Program-made: the position numbers and the translations under genes
Assembly (NCBI GenBank): GCA_000165345.1
Contig: CM000436.1
Coordinates: 96,001-160,000 of the forward strand
Direction of reading: 5' to 3'
Length of the DNA stretch: 64,000 bases
Shown here: positions 30,516-40,400 of the stretch, piece after piece
Layout of the letters: each line of letters starts with the position of its first letter
Numbering within the stretch: the stretch's first letter is position 1
Notes under the pieces: model-generated
Database searches by the model: none
The model's input: only the letters and a program-made list of their open reading frames with translations
Told to the model about the DNA's origin: nothing

Positions 30516-30944
30516 ATGGAAACCAACTCCAAAACTTCTTTAACCATTGAGGTAAGTCTAATTTCTAAGATTTATGCAATTTCAAAAACGATGTTGTATC
30601 AACCCATAAAGTAAATTATCCAGAAAATTTTTATATTTATTCAACTTTAATACACTCCAATCTTTTTACAGGATTTAAAATCATTTGCGGGAAATGCTAA
30701 GTCAGGTATTCCTACTAAAGATTCTATTAAAAATATGTTTAACCTATTAGATGTTGGTAAATCCGGCCAAGTTGACCTCGAACTACTTAAATATGGACTT
30801 ACATCCATTGGTGCTGACAAATTTAATGGATTTGAAATGGAAGATTTCTACAAATCATTGAATATTAATCTAGAAGAAACAAAAACTGTCACTATTGACC
30901 AAATGGTTGATCATATAATGGAATTACTAACAGCATTCAAATAA
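30516..30944 (+). CDS. Small EF-hand-like protein, spliced; minimal model join(30516..30551,30672..30944), 102 aa, with possible additional 5' exons
   Basis: Terminal exon ORF (…NMFNLLDVGKSGQVDLELLKYGLTSIGADKF…EDFYKSLNINLEETKTVTIDQMVDHIMELL) with EF-hand-like loops. Upstream exon 30494-30551 ends at GAG|GTAAGT and joins in frame to tttttacAG|GAT at 30672. The 120-nt intron contains in-frame stops. E2F-like boxes at 30403-30414 and 29804-29818. Confidence 0.45.
30552..30671 (+). other. Spliceosomal intron (GTAAGT…tctttttacAG), 120 nt, in the EF-hand gene
   Basis: Consensus donor and polypyrimidine-AG acceptor. Exons are in frame only when this is spliced out. Confidence 0.55.
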
Positions 30945-31276
30945 AGTCTAGATTTTACTCCTTATCTGATATCTTAAACTTATTTTAAATCAATTAAATA
31001 TATTACTTTGCCATTTTCATAATTTATTATTTAATGCATATTTATTTCTTTTTTTTAATTTGATTTGCATGATTTTCCCGCCTACATGTAATTATTTTAT
31101 TTAATATTTCATTCTGTCCCATTTTTAAATATTAAATATCAAAATTTAACAAATACCGAAGATTCTGAAAGAACTTGTTCTATAAAAACCTGTTTGCTTA
31201 AGTTAAGAGAAACTTGAGAGTTAAAGAGCTGTTTAACTATTGAAATTGTAAATTATTACATAGGGGAAAATAAAAA

Positions 31277-31425
31277 TATTATATGTATATATAACATATT
31301 ATATGTATATATAACATATTATATGTATATATAACATAATATATATATATATATATAAGTGTATATATATATATATATATATATATGTTATAATATATAT
31401 ATTTATATTTATATATTATTCATTG
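31277..31425. repeat. Tandem repeat (20-bp unit TATTATATGTATATATAACA x3) followed by an (AT)n microsatellite
   Basis: Three near-identical tandem copies at 31277-31336, then long AT dinucleotide runs at 31337-31425, read directly. Confidence 0.85.
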
Positions 31426-31752
31426 ATGTGTGTATAAATCAAATATAATACAGGTAAATTGAATCGAATCAGATAATAAATAAATTAATAATAAAGGTGT
31501 CTGGACAAAGTTCTTTCCCCATTTTTTTTACGCTTATCTGCTTTTCTTTCGACAAAATATCTTTAATATAACTCAAATAATAAATATTACTAAAAAAAAT
31601 AACATTAATAATTCCGATAACTCTTAAATAATTAATTCTGCCAATTTCAATATTCAAAATCACTTAAGATTAGTATTACTATTCTTTTAACTTGATATTA
31701 AAGTATTAATATTCACTTCACACCTCACTATTGATTTATTTTTCATATTAAT

Positions 31753-32469
31753 ATGGCATTATCAATTTCAATATTCCCACCAAGAATTTGGTCAAAAATT
31801 ATTTCTAGAACCAATGGAAGATCTTTGGATATCTTTAAATACTGCTGTTGTTGTACTTCTAGTACTACTAAAGCATTATATAGATTTATCAGCATTTGGA
31901 GTGGGTTCTTACTTATATTCAATATTTTAATACTATTGCTTTGTTTAAGAACATCCAATAAATATCCATTGTTTTTAAAATATTTATTCCCCAAATTATC
32001 AGAAGCTTTATCTGTTGAAATTGGTATTATTTATATACTACTTTATATTATTTCAGCTTCCAATATTATTACAGGATTTGTTGGTGCTATAACAACGTAT
32101 TCTTATAATATTATAGCTCTCAAGATATATATGGTATGCAATTATTTAAACATCATTAAAGATATTATATTCTTTATTGTTATTAATATATTGTTAAATA
32201 AATGGCATATAGCTTTCATTCATGTTGTTACTTTTTTCTTTATGTTGTTCCTTATATTTATACTTATTGGGCTTTTAAGTTCTTTTGTAGCAGAAAATCT
32301 CTTATATATTCTTGAAGAAGAAAGAGATGAGAGTTCTACTGCTCAAAATACTGAAACAGCATCAGATTCAACAAACAGTAGAATTGCCAAGAATGATGAA
32401 AATGGTAATAAAGATCTTGAAGTAGCCAAAGATGATGAAACTAATAATAATTCAGCAATACAAAATTAA
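31753..32469 (+). CDS. Hypothetical multi-pass membrane protein, 238 aa
   Basis: Four or five hydrophobic helices (FLLIFNILILLLCL; IIYILLYIISASNIITGFVGAI; IIFFIVINILL; FFFMLFLIFILIGLLSSFVA) and a C-terminal acidic, Asn-rich tail. No recognisable family. Confidence 0.5.
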   Translation: MALSISIFPPRIWSKIISRTNGRSLDIFKYCCCCTSSTTKALYRFISIWSGFLLIFNILILLLCLRTSNKYPLFLKYLFPKLSEALSVEIGIIYILLYIISASNIITGFVGAITTYSYNIIALKIYMVCNYLNIIKDIIFFIVINILLNKWHIAFIHVVTFFFMLFLIFILIGLLSSFVAENLLYILEEERDESSTAQNTETASDSTNSRIAKNDENGNKDLEVAKDDETNNNSAIQN

Positions 32470-32482
32470 ATATAATTGTAAA

Positions 32483-34960
32483 TTAAGAATGAATTCCAAT
32501 TTTCTTTAAATACTTATCAGTTCCCATTACATATCTTCTACCATTTGGACATACATTAATACAATCAACATTAGTAATAGATTCATCAACTCTGAATTCA
32601 GTTGGAACAGTACATGCACCTCCATTTTTTGGAGATGTAAATTGACGGTAAGCTTCTATAGTAAAAATATTAGTCTTGGAACATTTTATACAATCTTTTG
32701 CATTTTTTGGTAACAAATCAACATGACAAGGTTGTGGTAACAGTACTTTTGTTTGAAGATTACATACCAATTCCTCTGGCTCTTTCAGGGAATTTGAACC
32801 GCGTGCAAATAATCTGAATTGTTCATTATTTAATTTTCCGTCTGGTAATACTAAACCTTCAGCATTACCAATTTTCATAGGCATAAATAACCAATTTGGT
32901 TTTTCATTTCTAGATTGTTCACTAAATATAGATCTCGTAGCTTGAACAGTACTATCTAAAATAATTAATGCTTCTTTGTAATTTTCTATTTCATGATCTT
33001 TTAAATTATGATGACTTTTTAATTGACAAGTCTTGATAGATCCAAAAGATGCTGCAGTTACCTGACATCTTGTGAAATTACTGTCAATATTATTGTTTTG
33101 TTTGTTATTACTATTATTATTATTGCTATTATTATTATTGTTATTATTATAATCATCATTTTTTGATTCGGGTATGCCTGAATTTTTACTAACATCACCA
33201 AATATTATACGATTAAATAACTTTTTAATAATATCAATATAATTACTTTGGTTAACTTTTATAGCCTTTTTAATACTTGTAATAATTTTAGTATTATTTT
33301 CAAACTTTGAATTTTTATCCTTTGCTATATTATGTATTAATTCATTATCATTACTCTTTAAAAAGGTGAATCCATCTGGTAATACAAATCTAATTTCATC
33401 AGCTTCTTGAAATAAATGGAAAAATACCCAAATATTAGTAGTCTTATTTAACTGGGAATCTTCAAGATATACCATACAATCACTGCATGGATTTGTATTA
33501 CATGGTTTATATTCAACAATAGGCTTCTTATTACTAACACATGGGTATTCAAATGAATCTGGATATAACTTCTCACCAATCCATCTTGGTATTCCATTAG
33601 CTACTTGTACAATACTTGTAATATTACCAAATCCGCCACATGGAAATGGACAAAATCCCCATGGATATTCTGAAGCTATAGTTCTTAAATTTTCTCTCTC
33701 AACTCTACATCCAAATTCTTTGTTACAATCCTGTTTCATTTCAAATGGACAATCAGAATATTTAATAACCATACCTAAAGACTTACTCCATCCCATTTGT
33801 TTTTCTTCATTCCATGGGTATAAAGTCTCACAATCTGGACCATTACCAGAATTAGTTAATAATATTTTTCTATACTCAATTCTTTTTCCTTTATTCTTTG
33901 AAGCATTACAAGTAACAGTACATGGTATTAATTCTTCCCATGGACCTAATTGGCAACTTACATTACATGGTGTATCACCACATTCTCTTTTCTGATAAGC
34001 TCCACCACATAATTCTTCATCTTTACCAGAAAGTAGAGTTCTTCTCCATATTTCAACACCAGAATCACAAGTTGAACTGCATCCAGTTTCTCTTCTCCAT
34101 GGACTCCATTGACATTCAGCTTTAAGCAATAAACGCGTATTTTCATGTACTTTAGTAATATAATGACCAGATGAAAAGCGAATTTTTGATAGCCACCAGA
34201 AATTCTTGGGGTCATTTTGAACTTTTCTTGTTTCAACAGGAGTTCTTACCTTTAATTGAAATCGATAGTATCCCGGCGCAGGGAATACAGATTCATCTTG
34301 ATTTTGAATTACAAAGTAGATTGACCCATTTGCAGATACTGTTGTACATTTGATTGATATTGGAATAGATTTCATTACTTCTGGACTAATTTCTTGTAAA
34401 TGTTTAACACATGTACATAATTTCTCACTTTTTGGCAATGTATATGATGGTGGAGTAGAAATAATAAAGTAATCAATGGTATGACCTTCAAAAGTTGAAA
34501 AAGGTAAGGTAAGAGTTGCAAATATATCTATATCTGAATCAACAAAACGATTATTTTCTTCAATTTGAAAAATCATTGTTTTCTGAAAATCTATTTCATT
34601 TTGAGATTTTCTTCCTTTTGTTTGAGTTGAAGTTTCTAGAATTGAATCCTTATTCATACCAATAAGTAAATTATTTAATTCCAAATTGTTAGCAAAAATT
34701 TGATCAATATCAGTTTCACTTGCTTTATTTAATTGAAGTGAATCAATTTCATCATTTTGCATTCTATAAGAGTCATTTATTGACTCCAATTTCGATATTC
34801 CAGTTACTTCATTATCTGTTTGTTGCTCATTACTTCCCCTTGATCTAAGTATACTTTCGTCCATATTTTGTATACTTACAGGAGGAGAATAATCAGTAGA
34901 TTCACCAAACAGTCCCCCCACATAATATATAATTAGTATAAATACAAATTTAATTCCCAT
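32483..34960 (-). CDS. Secreted thrombospondin type-1 (TSP1) repeat protein, 825 aa
   Basis: Signal peptide MGIKFVFILIIYYVGGLFG. TSP1 modules CQWSPWRRETGCSSTCDSGVEIWRR…C and CQLGPWEELIPCTVTC, plus further Cys-rich modules. poly-Asn linker. No C-terminal TM helix. Confidence 0.75.
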   Translation of the reverse strand: MGIKFVFILIIYYVGGLFGESTDYSPPVSIQNMDESILRSRGSNEQQTDNEVTGISKLESINDSYRMQNDEIDSLQLNKASETDIDQIFANNLELNNLLIGMNKDSILETSTQTKGRKSQNEIDFQKTMIFQIEENNRFVDSDIDIFATLTLPFSTFEGHTIDYFIISTPPSYTLPKSEKLCTCVKHLQEISPEVMKSIPISIKCTTVSANGSIYFVIQNQDESVFPAPGYYRFQLKVRTPVETRKVQNDPKNFWWLSKIRFSSGHYITKVHENTRLLLKAECQWSPWRRETGCSSTCDSGVEIWRRTLLSGKDEELCGGAYQKRECGDTPCNVSCQLGPWEELIPCTVTCNASKNKGKRIEYRKILLTNSGNGPDCETLYPWNEEKQMGWSKSLGMVIKYSDCPFEMKQDCNKEFGCRVERENLRTIASEYPWGFCPFPCGGFGNITSIVQVANGIPRWIGEKLYPDSFEYPCVSNKKPIVEYKPCNTNPCSDCMVYLEDSQLNKTTNIWVFFHLFQEADEIRFVLPDGFTFLKSNDNELIHNIAKDKNSKFENNTKIITSIKKAIKVNQSNYIDIIKKLFNRIIFGDVSKNSGIPESKNDDYNNNNNNNSNNNNSNNKQNNNIDSNFTRCQVTAASFGSIKTCQLKSHHNLKDHEIENYKEALIILDSTVQATRSIFSEQSRNEKPNWLFMPMKIGNAEGLVLPDGKLNNEQFRLFARGSNSLKEPEELVCNLQTKVLLPQPCHVDLLPKNAKDCIKCSKTNIFTIEAYRQFTSPKNGGACTVPTEFRVDESITNVDCINVCPNGRRYVMGTDKYLKKIGIHS

Positions 34961-35350
34961 TTCCTTTCCACATGTATATATTGAAAATTATTTTTACCTT
35001 ATATAAACTTTAATTATGATTCACTTATTTCTTAGGCAGATAACTTGTACCAATATCTGAAAAATATATTTATTGTAAGCTTAATTAATTGGTTTATTAT
35101 TATTATTATTATATTTTTTTTTCTGGTTGTTTTGAATAAGTATATTTGAACTTTACTTTTAATGACTTAGCTGTTAGCACTCTAAGTTTTCTTATCTTTC
35201 TATAATGATTAATATTTACACTGTTTTATTCAATGATTTCTTTAAACCAGTATTCATATCACAATTTGTTCTCCATTTCAAGCTCATCCCGTCTAATGTC
35301 GATTTTTATTATTTTTTAAAAATTTTCCTTCAAATGCATTTCCATTTACA

Positions 35351-35365
35351 CACGGCGCCAATTCC
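35351..35365. promoter_or_regulatory. E2F-like box CACGGCGCCAATTCC, about 400 bp upstream of the TSP1 gene
   Basis: GGCGCCAA core read directly. Confidence 0.35.
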
Positions 35366-36872
35366 CCACATGCATTTTAGTGTCATATCCAACCACTAAA
35401 AATTTGACCAAAAAGTTTTTTTTAATAACTTAAATTGTATAAAACAACCTCTAAGTTAACATTTAAGTATTATTAATCTTTGTTTTTATTTATTGTTTTC
35501 AAAATTATTTTATTCCCAATTTTGTCATTGAACTTTAAATAAAGATGGCCTTTCATCTTTTCCCCACATAGTTGCACACGTAATTATAATAATCAGATTA
35601 TAAATATATTTTCTCCTTAAAATTTGGATCTTTTCAAATTGTTTTCTCTATCATTTAAAATTATTCTCATTTTCATTTTCTTATTTCATTCTTATTGTCC
35701 GTTTCTATTGCCATTAATTTAATAATTTTTAAAAACCGTCAAATAATTTCAAAGTATAAATATTAATTTAGTATTTTTTTTCTATAAACTTATTGGTATT
35801 TCAACTTCTTATTATTGTCCACATAATACTGGCATGACAAAAACAAATTATTTTCTTAACTACATACCGGAGTACATGCAATCCTTGCATGTAGTAAAAA
35901 AAAAAAAAGAAAGTTGATATAAGGAAATTTGAAAAAATGAGATAAAATTATGTTGATTAAACTTTCAGAAAATGTACAGAACTTTGTAAATCTTACAACT
36001 ATCGGAAATGAAAGCATTAAATAATTAAAAAATAGAGTAAGAGTTATTGGAATAATAACATTAGTAGATTTAAACCAGAGATAAAAGTAGTTAGTTTAGT
36101 GGTTGCATTAGTACTAGTGGTGCAGTAATAGCAGAAATTATTTTATTCATATTAAGAAAAAATTAATAAGAAAGGAAGTAATAGGTAGTTTTATGTCCAA
36201 CCCGAAATGCAGAATCTAAAACTAAGCTTAAAGTAAAAGAAAATACATTGTCTTTTCAAACATTTGAAGCACAAATAAAAAGCAGTACCAATTAACTGTA
36301 GAGTAAATGCACGACAAATTCAGGGTAAAATTAGAAATTAATTTTTCATCTTAAGTTATTCACTGGAACACTTATTTATATTCAAAAATAAGAGAATTAT
36401 TCAGAGAATTGAAAACTAACACATAAAAAAAAAGATGAAAATTAATAGAAGAGAATTCAATATTAACAAAAAAAAAATTCACAAATTCAAAATACTCTTT
36501 CAATAAAGGGAATAATACGTCAAAGTGACGCAAGTTTTTTTAGGCAGCTCCTCTACTAAATTTAAAAAAAAAATTCATTTATCTCTATTATTATTTAATT
36601 TAAATACAATGCTATATTTCCATTATTAATATTAATTCATAAATATATATTACAGTTCGACCTTTTCTTCAAATTTTATCTATGATTACCGCTAATTCTG
36701 ATAATTTTCATTCTGCTAGTTTTCATATGTAATTTTTAATTAACTACTATTATTTCACAATAAATTCCTATTTATTTTTCATTTATCTATTCTATTAATC
36801 AATCCCTGCCTTATTACCCATTTTTCACTATTACTTTAATCTGACATAAATAGTCGAATAATATATTTTATT

Positions 36873-36940
36873 AGGCGGGAACTCAGAAACAATTTTTGGG
36901 TGCCCCACTTATAGTAATTTGTAGACATTTACCCGCTCAG
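36873..36940. promoter_or_regulatory. Two E2F-like boxes (TTAGGCGGGAACTC; ATTTACCCGCTCAG), 90-150 bp upstream of small ORF 37027
   Basis: Read directly. They imply a transcription start ahead of 37027, either for the 68-aa ORF or for a 5' exon/UTR of the giant downstream gene. Confidence 0.35.
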
Positions 36941-37026
36941 ACAAAGCAAAAGTTTTCTTTAAAGTTAAGATCAGAAAGCTAAATTAATCTATAAAAGGTA
37001 AAAAGACACTAATTCTCTTATAAATT

Positions 37027-37233
37027 TTGTGTTTAAAGAGAATCCAGTGGGGATCTATGGAAAACCATCACAAGCCTGGAACAATCTACTCGAGCTTGCA
37101 GATAAAAGAGGCGATCTTATATGAGCTAAAAAGATTGCCAAAAGACAACAAGGTATTTAGGAGGGATGCTAATTTATTCTTTCTCTCAGACAGAGATTCG
37201 GTTAAGGAACTTTGTGAACAGAAAGAGAACTAG
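37027..37233 (+). CDS. Small 68-aa ORF of uncertain status, downstream of promoter-like E2F boxes
   Basis: ATG in a good context, no low-complexity, and preceded by E2F boxes. It is short, has no recognisable homology, and could be a uORF or exon of the next gene. Confidence 0.25.
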   Translation: MCLKRIQWGSMENHHKPGTIYSSLQIKEAILYELKRLPKDNKVFRRDANLFFLSDRDSVKELCEQKEN

Positions 37234-37456
37234 TATTATTTCTTCATTGGTTGGAATAAAAGACTAATTAAGCTTTAATTAATACTTAAAATTGGAAAAA
37301 TCGATTTGTCTCACTTAAGTTTTAGAAATCTTAATGTTATTTGGCTGATTATTTATGTACATTGGAGTATTATAGTGTACATATCTGAAATCAATACTAA
37401 AACTTTACTTTATGTGTTAAGTCTTCTATCGTTTGATATTTTTTCATTTTGAAACA

Positions 37457-40400
37457 ATGCATAGCAACAAAAGAAAACATAGAAAAAACAAGGAATTTAC
37501 CAATAGTTGGCCTCTAACACTTGACCATAGTTTAATGGAGTCATTGACGAAGAATGTTTCCGCCAGAGAAACCGAATTTTTAGAGGAAGTTAAACTCTAT
37601 AAATCAAGACTAATTAATTCCAATAACTCTTCAACAACTTTAAACTCCATGATCCTTCATTACAGTGACAAATTTCCTGCTGACTCATTCATCTCGAGAT
37701 TGTATGCTAACCCACATTCTATTCTATTTCTATTCAATATTATCCCTCCTTTGCTTTCTTGTTCTAGTACTGGAACTCCTTTTTTAAGCAAAGAAAGATC
37801 AGAAATACTCACTTTTGTTATTCAACTCCTCTTTAAATCATTAATCAAACACTGTCAGATTATCCTCTCTATTGACAAGAGATTAGATAATTCTATTGTG
37901 AATCTGAGTATGAGTTTAACACATCATATTCAAACAGTATTCTCTGGAAATCAAGATCTTGCAATTATGATGAGCTCATGCACAAGTCTATTAATTATCC
38001 TCTCAAATAGTTCAGCTAACTATATTCGAAATATTGTCTCTAACTTTGAAGTCGTTTCTGGTAATTTATCTTACGAATATGATTGTATCCGTAAAATGGC
38101 CTCTAGAGAATCCATTGTCAGCAATAATAAACTCTTTCAAAGACTTCCTTTTCAAAATAACCTTAAAATTGGTAATTTTATCTCATATTTAAGGTATTTA
38201 GAAGGAATTGCTAACCTTTATCTTTTAAATGTTGAAAGACCCAATTTTCTTACTCCTAATAAAAAAGCTACTATTGAAAAAGTTATCCTCTCCATGTCTC
38301 CTGTAGTTCTTGAACAAATGGAGAAACTTATCACTATCTACTTTTCTCAATACAAACCCGAAAATATCTTTGGTGATTATTCTCTCTTTTATGATGGAGA
38401 AGGAGCTAGACTGAAATTTATTGATTTTATTGCACCAATAATTATCCAAACTTCACTCAAATGGGTATCTGCATCTCAAGAAATCAGCCTTAGAAGATTT
38501 AGCAAGTTACATACTAGCTCCTATTTTGATATCTCAAAGTTCCCTAATATCCTTGAAATGGTATTATTACCTATACGAAGGGACCAAATCAGTGATGAAG
38601 TTTCGGATATCATCCTAAACTTTTTAGAAAGTTACTCAGCTCATCTTAGTCTATCAAACAAACACTCTGTACCGATCTCTGTATTATCCAAAAATATTCT
38701 AATCTCATCATTGTTATTGTCAAGCTCAATGAACAAGGATTCTACAATATTCACTTTGAGAGAAGAACTTTCTTTATTAAATACAAACCTAAACTGGCTT
38801 AAGGTTTTAATCAAGTACTTTAAGATCTTTTCTCATTCTTTAGTACCTTTACTAATCATTTTTGATCTAATGGATCTTCCCTTAAACTCTGATCTTGAAA
38901 AGCTAGAGTTTGAGGATCCATCCATTCAAGATTTATATCAAGAATGGATCGATACTTGTTCAACAACTTTTTTGAAAATTGTCTTTGAAACAATTTCCAA
39001 GGCATCTAGAATCTCTAAGGTTAACAGAGCCACATTTTCTGCACCAATCATGATCACATGTGGTGATTATCATCAATCAAAAGATTTGAAGTCATCTGTT
39101 AATGATCAAAGCTTTATCAAGAGTAACTTTGATATTGCTGATATGAGAGTAGGACTTGAGATGGATCTAGATTTAGATCTTGATCATGAAATTCCAAGAA
39201 TTATCGATGATTTTGGTCAAACTTTAGGAATTGATTATAGAAATGATCCAGATTTGGGTTCTGGATTACTTTTTCTGCCAGAAACTCTTAATGTTAATGA
39301 TAATACAAAATTACCATTTAACAAATTATCTCAAAGTAATGTTCATAACAGTACTTCAATGATTCCTAATCCTATTCAGTTTACTGACTTCAAACACCAA
39401 CATATTCATCATTATCAGCACCAACATCAGCAGCATCTTATGGACGTGCCAGATTTTAACATTCAACTAGGCAGTGAAAGTAGCCATATTTTCCAAAAAT
39501 ATCGTCGAGAAGTACATTATTTAATGTGTTGCTTATCCTTAATCACTTTAAGAGGATCATCTGAGTTTATATTACTCTCGATTTCTGGTTGGGGAAGTTT
39601 ATGTAATTCATTGAGAATTTCATCTTCATGTAGTTCATATCTTGAAGATCTTTTAATGATCACCAATCAGACTAAGTTTAAGCCTTTAGAAGAATGCTTT
39701 CAAAAAATTAAAAACCAAAGAGAAAACGTTTCTGACAAATTTGCAGATATTGATGAAATTGGTCTTGTTGGAATACAAAGGTACTTTGTTTGGTCAATTG
39801 TCCAATTAGGAGAATTTCCTGATGAGCTTTATAACTTTGAAGATCATTCAGATTCATATTTCCCAAAATTCTCACAGAAGAAATCGAATCATTTGAAGAT
39901 TAGAGAATCTATCAGAGATGCTGTTAGAAATGCAATATTCTTCCCAGAATCTCCCAATATTGCAAATCCTGGTTTTGATGATAATGATAATAATAATATT
40001 AACAAAATAAATTATCATCTTTCAACAAATTCAAGAGGTATTATTAAATATATATTGCCTTTCTATTCTTTCCAAATGTTCCTTAAAGATACATATCTTC
40101 ATCTAAATGGATTTAATCTTGTTAGTTATATTGGATCTGGACAAATCAAAATTAAAAGATCTATACCAAATACTAATAATATACAAATTAAAAGCTTTAT
40201 TGTACGCTTAGAATCCATTTTACATGCATTTAGTGCAATTATTAAGAAGGGATTAACATCTTTCCCTTTAAGACCTAATACAACCAAAATAACTGAAAAG
40301 ATGGGTAATGATGATCTTAATAGAATGTATAACAATGAAGATGAAATTAGGAGTTTGTTAGAAATGGTCAATGCTTCCTTAAAAATTGATGATGAAGATG

